Shown in pieces: positions 52,971-64,000 of a stretch of DNA of 64,000 nucleotides; position 1 is the stretch's first letter, and each line of letters starts with the position of its first letter. A model generated the notes under the pieces. That model worked only from the letters and a program-made list of their open reading frames with translations. It was not told the DNA's origin and did no database searches. The DNA comes from Diadema setosum (Eukaryota). Made by a program: the position numbers and the translations under genes. The stretch is taken from the NCBI RefSeq assembly GCF_964275005.1, contig NC_092698.1, positions 24,353,037 through 24,417,036 of the forward strand, in the 5' to 3' direction.

Positions 52971-54025
52971 GTGAGATGGGGATAGGTTATCAAAATTGGG
53001 AGGGTGACCCTGGGAGGTTGGGGAGAGGAGGGAGGTGGGGCAAAGGAAAAAGGGGGTGGGATGAGATGGGGACGATTGAGAGGTGGGGGTAGGGGAAAGG
53101 TGGTAGCCGGTGAGAGGTGAGGGGCATTGGAGAAGCTGGGGTAGGGGAGAAATGGGGTGATTATAACATGTGTTAAGGTAAGGAGGGGGAACAAGAATTT
53201 ACATGGATGTTATTATAAATGAGCTGTGAGAAATGATATTTAACACAGTTCAGTTGAACAGATCCTGTGACATCATCGTTTATTATTTGTTTGTGAAAAG
53301 TGATGTGATAGTCAATTCATTCAAGCTGAGAAAGGCTTTTAAGGCTTGTGATTGGTTAATGTTTTAAAGGCTGAGATGGACTTTTGCAAGGTGGAATGCC
53401 ATTTCTGTTATCATGCTTTAGGGTAATGTTTACATCATCTGCTGCTGATGAATATGTTCATTTGATGACATAAATGGTATCCCGGGGTACCAAATAAAAA
53501 TCAGCCATATTGTTGAATCATTATTATCATTTTTTTTAAAAGGTTGTACCCTGGGTTGCCAAAAAGTGGAAATTATTTTGGTGCTGGAGCTAGCGCACGC
53601 TAGCCACTGCACTGCACTGCACTGCACTGCACTGAAGCACATGCTATTGCTTGCACAGAGTGCCGTGCATGCATAGTATAACATGCAGTGGCATGGGAAT
53701 GACTATGTACACGCACACACAGTGCATGCATTTCTCTGCGGCTGTCCTCGAGTGGACGTGAGGTGGCGCTACACAACGTGGTACCCCGGGGTACTACGGT
53801 ACCCCGGGTAATGCATGATGCATCATTTAACACTTGATGAGAGATGCCAATGAGAACATTGACTCAAACAATGAATGTTCACATGCATTGTGATTTGGCA
53901 AATTTCGTAAGAGCCAAGATTTGCGAAATTGAAATGCATTGAATGCCAGTGGCAATTCGCGAAAAATGTTATGCTGCGAAGAAAGGCCGTCGACTCCAAT
54001 TTGCAAAAATTTCATGCTGCGAATA

Positions 54026-56095
54026 CAGTGAAACCCCGTTATAACGAGTTCGGTTATAACGAGGAACCGCTTATAACGAGGTGATCGCGTCGGTCCCGTT
54101 TTCCTTTGTGTGTAAACCTATGGCAGAACGAATCGGTTATAACGAGTTCGGTTATAACGAGATTCCGGTTATAACGAGGACAATTTCGGTGCATCATGAT
54201 AAAGAAAAACATAAGTAATTTGATCGGATATAACGAGGTTCCATTTCTTGACTAAATTGCCGCTTTCAAACACGCGACAAACGAAACCCTGAAAACCGAA
54301 ATCACGCTATCCACGTCTTTTTCCGTTTTGCAGAGAACCGTTCCTTCCATGTTTTCTTCTAAATCACGCGATAAGACACAGGAATGTCTTCCGATGTTCC
54401 TACTAAATCATTAAACATAATCATTCGATTTTCTTTGCCGCGAGATACGCGTGCGTGATATTAGGGCAGACCACACCGCAACGAGAAATAAAAAAGATAA
54501 CGCATTCAAAAACGTTTCATGTAGCGACACTTGTGGCCAAAAATGGACAATTGGAATGCGTGTGCAACTCATTATTATATCCTTTCCATTTTTAGTTCCG
54601 ACTTCCAGTTCTTTTGCTGCTTAGCAAATATGAGTGTGGATGATTAAAGCCGAAATAATTAATGAAATCATCGCGATCCCGTCGGGTGACAGTAGCGTAA
54701 AAATAGTTGAATAACGCATGTTAACCTCCTTAATCGATGTTCAGAAAAAGAAACGAACGCATTTATTAATTTGAATAGATCTGGATTTGTTCATTATCAT
54801 TTAACAAATGATAATTTGAATATGAGTGTGTATGATTAAAGCCGAAATGATTAATGAAATCATCGCGATCTCGTCGGGTGACAGTAGCGTAAAAATAGTT
54901 GAATAACGCATGTTAACCTCCTTAATCGGTGTTCAGAAAAAGAAACGAACGCATTTATCAATTTGAATAGATCTGGATTTGTTCATTATCATTTAACAAA
55001 TGATAATTCAAATATGAGTGTGTATGATTAAAGCCGAAATAATTAATGCAATCATCGCGATCTCGCCGGGTGACAGTAGCGTAAAAATAGTTGAATAACG
55101 CATATTAACCTACTTAATCGGTGTTCGGAAAAAGAAACAAACGCATTTAACAGTTCAAGGATGTACAAAACGCGAAGAGATTTTCGAAAGAAAATAAAGA
55201 ACGCATTTTTAATCCCGTCAGACGCAACGATCATACATTGTATAAAATTACAGCCGAAATGATTCATGAAATTATCGAATTCCCGCTGGGCTCCAACAGC
55301 GTAAAATACCTCTCAAGTCAACGGTAGATAACGCATGTATGTTACTCTGAAATTATCGCGATCTCGCCAGGTGACAGTAGCGTAAAAAATAGTTGAGTAA
55401 GCATGTTAACCTAAATCAGAAAAAGAAACAAACGTATTTATCAGTTTGAATAGATCTGGGTTTGTTCATGATCACAATTTTAACACTGCATTTCACAATG
55501 AAGATTTTTCTTTCTTGTCTGGTCTGGTCTTTCTGTCTTGTCTTTCTGGTCTATGAGGTACAGATTTGCGTAAAAAGGTCACAACGTAACCTTCCACATT
55601 CAATCCTGTCGCATATTTTTCAAGAACGGATGTACAAGACGCGAAGAGATTTTCGGAAGAAAATAAAGAACGCATTTTTAATCCCTTTGAGCGCAACGAT
55701 CATATATTGTACAAGATTACAGCCGAAATGATTCATGAAATCATCGCATTCCCGCTGGGCACCAACAGCGTAAAAATACCTCACAAGTTATGGTAAACAA
55801 CGCCTGTATTTTACTCTATTTGTGCTGGTGTTAGGAAAAATTAACAAACAAGAATTACAATAAAGAATTATCTCATTTCAACCCCTACTTTTTCGTCTAA
55901 TTCACAAATAATTTCCCTTTATTATCTCAATAATAATGATCCATAATTGTGTAATAACAACGCAAAGGATGGGTATATTCCGATGTCGTACTTATGTTTT
56001 TCTTTGTTTTTGATGCGTACGGTTATAACGAGGTACCGGTTATAACGAGGTAATATCGCCGGTCCCACGGACCTCGTTATAACGGGGTTTCACTG
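54026..56095. mobile_element. Non-autonomous Tc1/mariner-like element (about 2.07 kb), CAGTG termini, TA target duplication, internal ~220-bp tandem repeats
   Basis: Termini cagtgaaaccccgttataacgag / ctcgttataacggggtttcactg are inverted, with repeated ggttataacgag sub-motifs. TA abuts both ends (54024-25, 56096-97). Inside, 54590-55460 holds 4-5 tandem units (aatatgagtgtgtatgattaaagccgaaat...). No long ORF. Confidence 0.75.
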
Positions 56096-59000
56096 TATAT
56101 GGTGTTTTACAGTAATGAAGGCACTTGCCTTTCCCACCCTTAGGGATGTGTTAGTAACATTGTATCTTGTAGCCTTATCCATGGCTAGTGGTTCAGTGTA
56201 GTTTAATTTAGCCAAAGGTAAGATTTCTTTTTTTTTTCTGTTCCATGACTGGGCTTCTCATGAGGGTAAAAGAAAATGATTAATGATTGGAGTAGGGTCA
56301 AAACATTTATTTCTGGCGTCATGCTATGCCTGACAATGCAATTCATCTAGAGTTGACGACAAAATTTGTCTTACATCTACTGGAAACTCCCAAGACTGTT
56401 CTGGAAGCTAGGTAGTTCTCAATGCCATAACTCAGTCAGAGGTAGCGGGGGTCCTATAATCCAAGCAAGCAGATTCCTGCCAGATATACGGTGAAAGATG
56501 ACATTCAACATCACTGAGATGGCATGTGTCCAATTCTGGAGGCTTTTATCGCCAGCAAACGTGTTCTTTTTGGCAGTACATGCACTGTAGAAGAAATGCC
56601 CCCCCCCCCCCCAAAAAAAAAAAAAAAAAAAAAAATGACACTATCCCTGAAAGAAGCAGAATAAGGACACAGCTTCTGAATGATGCTGAAACCATTAAAG
56701 TGGGACTGTGATACAAGTATTAAAGGGGTATTCGAGACGATTTTCATAATTTCACATCATGTAAGTATATAAATCAGCAGCTCCATGTATAGACTTGTGG
56801 AATTTATTGTGGCCCTTGAGCAGAGAAACCAATAATCTGAAAATCTTAAACAAATTACACCGAACAGTGTTGATGCCAAAGGAGCCTCACATATTTCAGA
56901 AATGTAGCAGTTGTAATTCCATTACAATAGTGCTTACATAACGAGTTCACCTGTGCAGAATCTACGCATGCCTTCTTCTTTTGTTCTGCTTTCTTGAGCC
57001 CCAACTCCTGCATTCTTATGGTGAGGCTGCCATGTCATCCTTGTTCATTGCAATTTGTTATAAATTTTGAAAACATTATCATTATTCCTCATCTCAGTCA
57101 CTATAAATTCTGAAACTCTGTACTCAGTATAACTTAACTTATAGTTGTTCAAATGTCAAAGTCTGAAAATTTTCAGAGGCCCCCTTTAAGATTTAATGAG
57201 CTAAAATCTAAACCATCATTCAGTTATCTCGGGGACAAAAACTCACTTTATATTCAATGTTGTAAGATCATTACATTGTACATGTATATCACATTTCTAA
57301 TACAGGTTACTATATTGCTAGTCATTTACAATGACAGTGGACCCGTTTCTATGTGAGATTCCCCTTGTATTCTCCCAGTATTTTGGAAGTGACGGTTTCT
57401 ACATATCATTCACATTGTCATTGGAAGTGCCTTTAGAAAACATTCTTTACCATTTCCATAAAGACTAGAAATTTGTATAAAAATGTTGAAATAATGTGGG
57501 GTGATAGTAGTTTTTTTTCAATTAAAAGTACATGTGTGCAGAATATGGGCTAATACAAATTGCATGTAAGATTTTAAGAATTGTCAAGGACATGCTTTCA
57601 TGTGTTAAATTGTGGCGCTGGGAGAAAAAAACAACAAAACAACAAAAACAACTCAAAGCGTGGAATCATAATAATCAAATCACCTGTTTTCGGAATGAGT
57701 TGTATTCTTTGCTGAGAATATGCAGAATGTGTATGCATCGTCAAGGTCCTGGAAAAGATTGCACCCCACTTCCCCCCCCCCCATCTCCCCACCCCCTCGC
57801 TTCCCATTTTGCATTCATTTTCACACAAGCGATGTATTCCTTCCCCCATGCCCCTCCCCCAAAGGCAAAATGAGAATAAGAAGGTTGCTGGATGATTTGC
57901 AGCCAGGTAGAGCTCAAGGATATTTGTGCTCTACCTCCTTCCTCTCATTTATCTTCCCCCATCGCAGTGACTTATAAGGATGCCTCCAAAATCTAGGTAT
58001 GATAAAAAACAACAACAACAACAAGAGAGAGCGGTTACATGCGAAGAGGTACATCAAGAGATAAATGTTGTGGAAGAGATTCCTCAGGGCTGTTGACACA
58101 CATACTCATTTGCCATTTTCTCCCCATTGCCAAGGACGCCTTTGCCCAGTCAGAAGCAGGCCATGCCAGCCGGCGTCTGCTGTCAATTCCTGAAGCAGCA
58201 AACTTTAGGATATTTTGTGCAGGGATTGCGGCCAACTCGTCCAACATGATTGTTTGATGTTTTCACAATTATGTCAAGATGTATGCCTCCTGCGGCATGG
58301 TGTGTTATCTGCTTCTACTTGACCTTTTTTTTTTTTTTTATCATACCTTCACTCTGTATGATACATTTGCTGATTTGTTTTGTTTTGTGTTTGTTGCTGT
58401 CATATTTGTTTTTACTTTCCTTCTTTCTGTCTGTCTGTTATTTCATTTACCTCTCTGCATTGTTACTGTTTGCATGATTGTTAAGTATGTATGTATGTAC
58501 AATGTTGATATATGTATGAATGCATGTATGTTTATGTATGTACCTGCAGTCAACCTTGCTTAAGTCGACCTCGCTAGTCCTCTTTATATGCTATTGATTT
58601 TAATCCCTCATAAGTCAAATTTTCTCTATAAAGTCAAAGCTGTTAATTTTCTTAAACCCAAATAGATTTGACTTAGGCAAGGTTGACTGTATGTACCTAT
58701 GTATGTATGTTTGTATGTATGTATGTATGTATGTATGAAAGCAGGACTCAACAGCCACCGTGGTCCAGTGGCCTGGGACCACTAAAAGTTGATGTTGGGC
58801 CACCAAATGTTTAAAAAGGTGATCTGTTGGCAGCCTGACTGAAAGGATTGTTATACAACTGTTTCCTTTCATTTCAGGCCAATCCCTTGCTATTGTATAT
58901 CATGTGTATGTATATTATGTATGTATGTGTACATGATATGCACATATACTTATATACTTGTACAAGAATTTTGTGGCAAAACTGGAAATATCTTCTTAAG

Positions 59001-59804
59001 ATTAGGGAACATCTTTGTGCTGGCTGTCATGATAGATGACGAAACTTGTAGCAAAATGAATGTGAGTGAGTGCACTGTGAGGCCGTCGATGGGCAGGAAT
59101 TCATACCTTCATCCAGAGCTATGTGGGCTCTGCATGTATATTTAGAGATGAGATATCATCCTCTGATGTACATGCATTTTGGTTTGAGTGTAGCAAATGG
59201 AAATGTTGCATCCATCCTACCATGTGTGTCACTTCAGCTGTCGTATTCAATAAGCATTTGCACGTGCAATCATTTTAGACCTGTCAAGAAAACAAACAAA
59301 CAAACAAACACAGAAGCCTAGCATTTGCTTTTTAGGCAAGGACAAACCAGGCCGTGCATGTGCAAGTTATTTCCCCTTCCTGTCGACTCCAATCGCCTCT
59401 TATCAAAGATGACATCCCACTTACCCCCCCCCCCCTTCAAGCTGATGCGGCTTCTTGGAAGGAGGATGACCTCCCGCGACCTTGTCGTTCACCCTCCTCC
59501 ATCACTTCCTCTGTCCGTCCCCCCTCCTCCTCCTCCCAGCGGAACTCTGCCAGGCAGGAGCATCTGCTTGCAAACCATTTTTTTTTTTCATCTGTCTTTT
59601 TCCTTTTTCACTTTTTCATTAAATTACAGGGAGAGGAGGGGAAGTAAACATAGGAAAAATGTAAATTGTGCCATTTTGGGAAGGCAGGAAAAAAAAACCC
59701 AAGAACATGCTCAAGGTGAATTGGTCATAATCTGATGTTGATAGTGTAACACACTTTGAGAGGCATTGACACTCAAATTGCATATTTTGAGTGTTAAATG
59801 GACT

Positions 59805-60178
59805 GTACAGTACTGGTTGAGGTAAGGGATTCATGTTTTGAACATTTCTAAGTGAGATAATGAGAAACCTCTTATGAAATTTGAAAGAGCATGTAATTTT
59901 AAGAAGGATTCAACGTTTATTTGATGAAAATTGGGTTTTGAAATGGCTGAGATATCCCAAAAAAGTGATAATAATAAAAGGCGACAGGCCACAACTTTAT
60001 TAGGATCTCTTTGTTTCACCTTGTTTTTGGATATCTCAGCCATTTCAAAACCGATTTTCATCGAATAAACTTTTGATACCCCTTAGAACTGCATGCTCTT
60101 TGACATCTCATAGAGTGGTTTCTGAATATCTCGCAAAACGTTAAAAGCTAAATCCTCACCTCGACCAGAACTGTACAC
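59805..60178 (+). mobile_element. MITE family A, intact reference copy (374 bp)
   Basis: gtacagtactggttgaggtaagggatt ... aatcctcacctcgaccagaactgtacac is inverted; it matches the copies at 10896-11258 and 34663-35777. Confidence 0.8.
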
Positions 60179-60454
60179 ACCCTTTAAAGCCAAGATCTTG
60201 TCTCCCTTTTCTTTCAATTATGGGTTACGATGCAAATTCAATGGTTATCTGGTATGTTGCTGTGATGTACAAATTTCTTGGACATTGAAGTCTACCTTCA
60301 TAGACATGTACACTCTATATTGAGTGAATGCAGCAATATTAGTAGAACACAGTGAATGTTTGGGAAAAAATCGGACAATCCATTCAAAAGTTGTGAATTT
60401 TTGAAGTTTCTTCTCAGTCACTGCTGGATGAGGAGATTACAGTAGCTTGTCATG

Positions 60455-60830
60455 TCAAAATTGAGAAATTGAAACATTTCACTAATTTTTATGAAACAGT
60501 TCTTGAACAGTTGATATGAATATGCAAATAGTGAGTGGATGATGTCATCCTCTCACAATTTGCCATGCAGTATGGACATAAACTCATGAGATTTCACAGG
60601 CTTTTCATCAAACACAGTTATGCCCATATATGTGACTGATCTTTTCTTTGAAGTTATTCAATCAGGAGTAATGTATTCTATACTTAAAGACCAGAAAAAT
60701 TCAATTTTTTGCCATTTTTTGTTACACAATCAATAGGATATTGTGAGATGATAACATCATAAGCTCACTCATTACATATTCATATCAACTGTTTGAGAAG
60801 TGTTGTACAAAAATGAGTGAATCTTTGGAA
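60455..60830. mobile_element. Foldback MITE related to 6379-7010 (shared inner-arm palindrome)
   Basis: aacagttgatatgaatatgcaaatagtgagtggatgatgtcatcctctcacaat pairs with attgtgagatgataacatcataagctcactcattacatattcatatcaactgtt. It is similar to gtcaatatgaatatgcaaattgcaaagagagaatgtcataccctcacaatt at 6541. Confidence 0.6.
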
Positions 60831-61039
60831 TTTCTTAACTCCCTGGCTTCTGATCCATTTTTTGTCAAATTTTCGTTTTTGCGCTTGCCACATTTTACTC
60901 ATTCTTTTCAGACACACCTTGAAGTGGTCTGGGATTTCCCTTTAAGCATCACCAGTCACCTTCCCAATATGAAAGGAGCTGTACTCATTCTCAGTTGATT
61001 TCGATTTTATTTTATTTTTTATTTTTTGTCCTCATGCAG

Positions 61040-61279
61040 GCGGTAGAGAGGGGAGAGAAGGATTGTCCCATCTGCATCATGTCACTAGGAAACATCGCCG
61101 AGGGCAACGAGGAGGTAGATTCTCCCAGACGCGGGCAGCGCAAGACGGTCCTCCTCTCCTGCACACACGTCTTCCATCTGTGCTGCCTGCAGGCCTTCGA
61201 GGAGCTGTCCCTGGGCGAGCACAAGATCTGCCCTGTCTGCCGGTCTGGCTACCAAAAAAGGGTCCTCCAGGAGTCGTGA
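61040..61279 (+). CDS. RNF32: RNF32-like exon 7 (second RING-H2 and stop codon)
   Basis: Acceptor cctcatgcag|; AVERGEKDCPICIMSLGNIAEGNEEVDSPRRGQRKTVLLSCTHVFHLCCLQAFEELSLGEHKICPVCRSGYQKRVLQES*; pattern C-x2-C...C-x-H-x2-H-x2-C...C-x2-C; TGA at 61277-61279. Confidence 0.85.
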   Translation, partial: AVERGEKDCPICIMSLGNIAEGNEEVDSPRRGQRKTVLLSCTHVFHLCCLQAFEELSLGEHKICPVCRSGYQKRVLQES

Positions 61280-61889
61280 TGGTGGTGGCTAGAGAGGACA
61301 TGGTGGAAGGGTGGAGGTGGGGCGAACGTTGAATGAACTCACCCAGTGCCCCAACTGACTGAATATCGAGACATCCGAGTCATGTGCCGAAGATGTGAAA
61401 GTATGCTAATGAGAAATGCCACTTTCTCTCAGTAAGGAGAGCCCACCTTCTCACACCAGGAAAGGCAGTCATGAATTTCTCGCTGCGTACAGGAAATGTG
61501 AAGTCTCACTGCGCAGGCCTCTGGGGTTAGACAGGTTTCTCAATGTCTTTCATGTTAGTCTGGTTACTGTTGCAAATGCTGGAAGATGTTAGACATGAAG
61601 AGTGTAGGAAAGGAGGGGGAGGTGAGGAAATGATAGTTATCACCTGTAGAGACAAGAATCCCCTCCCCTTCTGCCTCCTTTGTCCTTCCTTCCTCCCCTC
61701 CCTCATCCTGTCTCCCCCCCCCCCCCCCCCGCCCCCTCGCATCTACCCTTCTTTTGTCCTACCTCTTGCCTTCCTCCTCCTATTCTCTACTTGTTCCTTT
61801 CTCTTCACTTCCTCTCCCCTCCCTTTTCCCTTCTCTCCTTCTCTCCTCCCATCTTCCCTCCTTCTTTCTTTCCTCTCTCCTCCCTTTTT

Positions 61890-62626
61890 TAGCTCACCTG
61901 AGCCAAAGGCTCAAGTGAGCTATTGCGATCGCCTTCGTCCGGCGTCCGGCGTGCGTTGTGCGTCGTGCGTCGTCTGTCGTCCGTCGTGCGTAAACTTTTT
62001 ACATTTTCATCTTCTTCTTGAAAACCCCAAGACCGATTTTCATCAAACTTGGCAGGTAGCATCCCAAGGGGGTTAGGATCTCAATTTGTTAAAATGGGCA
62101 CCATGCCCCACCCAGGGGCCCCCAGGGGGACCCAAACCCCCCAAAATGAAGGAATCTTTAAAAATCTTCTCTAGAATCAGAAGTTATAGAGCTAAGATAA
62201 TACTATGAGTGAGTACATTAATGACTGTAGTTTCAAGTTTGTTTATAGCAGATCCAGGGGTGCCCCTTTTGGGGGCAGGGGGGGTTGGGAAGGTCCAAAT
62301 GGGGGCCTGAATTGTACATTTTCATCTTCTTCCTGAAAACCTCATGATGGATTTTCGTCAAACTTGGCAGGTAGCATCCCTAGGGGGTCAGGATCTCAAT
62401 TTATCAAAATGGGCACCATGCCCCACCTAGAGGGCCCCAGGGGGCCCCAATCCCCCCAAATTAAGGAATCTTTAAAAAAAATTGGGCCCTTATTGTACAT
62501 TTTCATCTTCTACTTGAGAATGCCTGGTCAAATTTTAGCAGAGCTGTGAATACTTTAGATTTATAGTGACTGTGTGAAAGGTGAACTTGCGATACTCAGG
62601 TGAGCGCTAGACCCGCGGGTCTCTTG
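61890..62626 (+). mobile_element. TIR element 'TAGCTCACCTGAG family', copy 2 (two internal units), inserted into a CT-rich tract 0.6 kb downstream of the RNF32 stop
   Basis: Same termini and same trailing gacccgcgggtctcttgt as copy 1. Flanked on both sides by polypyrimidine low-complexity sequence (61640-61889 and 62627-62990). Confidence 0.75.
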
Positions 62627-64000
62627 TCTTTCTCCTTTCTCCTTTCTTCCTCCTCCCTTTTCCATTCTCTCCTACCTCCTTCCTTCTCTTCCCCCTTTCC
62701 TTTTGCCTCCTTTCCTTCCTCCTCCTTACCTCCTTCCATTCTCTGCTTTTTCCTCGTTCTCCTCACTTCCTCTCCCCTACCCTTTCCCTTTTCTCCTACC
62801 TCTTCCCTTGCCTCTTCCCTTCTCTCCTTCCATCTTCCCTCTTCCATTCTTTTGTCCTTCTTTCCTCCTCTTCCTTTCTTCCTCCTCCTATTCTCTACTT
62901 TTTGCTTCTTCCTCACTTCTGCTCTCTCTCTCTCTCCCTCCACTCTGCCTACTCCTTCGTCAAATGGTAGTGATCATAGAGTCACTTGATATCCAGATGT
63001 AAAATGAGGGAGATCATTACATGTGAGTTCTAAAGGTATGACTGATGAAGCACCTTGCATTCCAGATGCAGAAGGAGTGTTATTCATCCCTTCGTATCAA
63101 CCAATCATCTGATTAGCCTAGATACACCATGTTTCAGGTAGTACTCTACAGAATGAATGCTTCACTTGGTACACAAGACCCACCACTCTGTGAGGGATGT
63201 CACATTTGGTTGAATAAAATAAATTGAAGGAAAAGTTAGATGTGTTTTCATACCTTGGCTGGTAAAATGTGCTGTGTGATTTCTGTTTGTTTGCCTTGTA
63301 ACTTTGTTTTTCTGTGTGTGATAAACACTACATTGTACAAGATATGTATTTCCATCCTGCCTGTGCAACACCTTGATAATTTTATTACTATTGTTATTCT
63401 TTTCTTGTCATTAAGGTCTCTGTGGAAGACAAAACTCACAGTGGTGTATTGGGGGGGGGGGGGGGCACACCAGGGGCATGCGCCCCCCTTTAATTTTGTA
63501 AAGGTGCCGCCCCTTTATGGAATTCGTGGAAAATTCGTAGAAATTTTGTATCTTTTAGGACATCTACATCACGAGGGAGCTTTAGGTTTGCGACGTGGAC
63601 GTTTGAGACGACGATTGTGTCGGCCATTCTCCTCTCTCCCTGTATAGCTTTAGATTACGCAAGGACGCTATCTATCAAAAAAAAAAAAAAAAAGGATAAA
63701 ATGGCGCCCCATATGATCAGTGCATCAAGTAGCTCTCTTTGTCGTTAATTGAGCAGACGTAAAAATAGCCCAGAACGCGTAGTGAAAACTCAGACGATGC
63801 GGGCTATAAATGGATCGATTCTGATAAGTGATTCTGCGCATGCTCAGAGTTTTTATTTTTTTTTCTCTCTCTCTCTCTGAAAGTCTGGATTGCAAAAATG
63901 TAAAGCTCCCTGTTTCTATCATTCTCTGAAGAATGTCTGTTTCACTGTCATTTTCATTATCATTGTCATTACAGTGCACTCCCATTATAACAAACACAGC

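Noticed and set aside
52766-53194. 142-aa minus-strand ORF (Pro-rich)
   Set aside because: It is the antisense of RNF32 exon 6 plus the intronic G-rich tract.
61543-62989. 177-aa Pro/Ser/Leu-rich ORF, 129-aa and 99-aa S/L/P-rich ORFs, and 115-aa Glu/Lys/Arg-rich antisense ORF
   Set aside because: Low-complexity translations of the CT-rich tracts and the embedded TE. No start or splice context.

Overview
This is eukaryotic genomic DNA, not a prokaryotic island. It is AT-rich, intron-rich and full of microsatellites, MITEs and satellite DNA; an invertebrate deuterostome, perhaps an echinoderm, is my guess but unproven. Two protein-coding genes can be supported. (1) On the minus strand, the first coding exon of a degenerin/ENaC/ASIC-family channel (8423-8765); its other exons were not found in the window. 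(2) On the plus strand, a complete seven-exon RNF32-like gene (RING-H2, IQ motif, RING-H2; CDS 36543-61279, about 337 aa) whose introns are full of transposable elements. The dominant structure is a roughly 22.1-kb foldback-type inverted-repeat element (12477-34590) bounded by a perfect 9-bp direct repeat GTAGTAAAC. Each arm is a unique outer domain of about 0.5 kb plus a multi-kb array of a ~222-bp satellite with higher-order repeat structure; the arrays face each other and differ in copy number (about 30 vs about 23 monomers). A 9-kb ORF-poor core lies between them. Other elements: two putative TA-flanked Tc1/mariner-like MITE families, one copy carrying a nested 753-bp element with CCAAT/YY1-like palindromes about 1 kb upstream of RNF32; a ~2-kb non-autonomous Tc1-like element; a putative TTAA-flanked foldback MITE; two modular TIR elements with internal tandem sub-repeats, one of them built of AGGTCA-A-AGGTCA (DR1-like) motifs; a palindromic cluster of heat-shock-element-like TTCnnGAAnnTTC motifs; and a degenerate interstitial telomere-like (CCCTAA)n tract. 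All coordinates were counted by hand from the printed sequence and may be off by a few bases.
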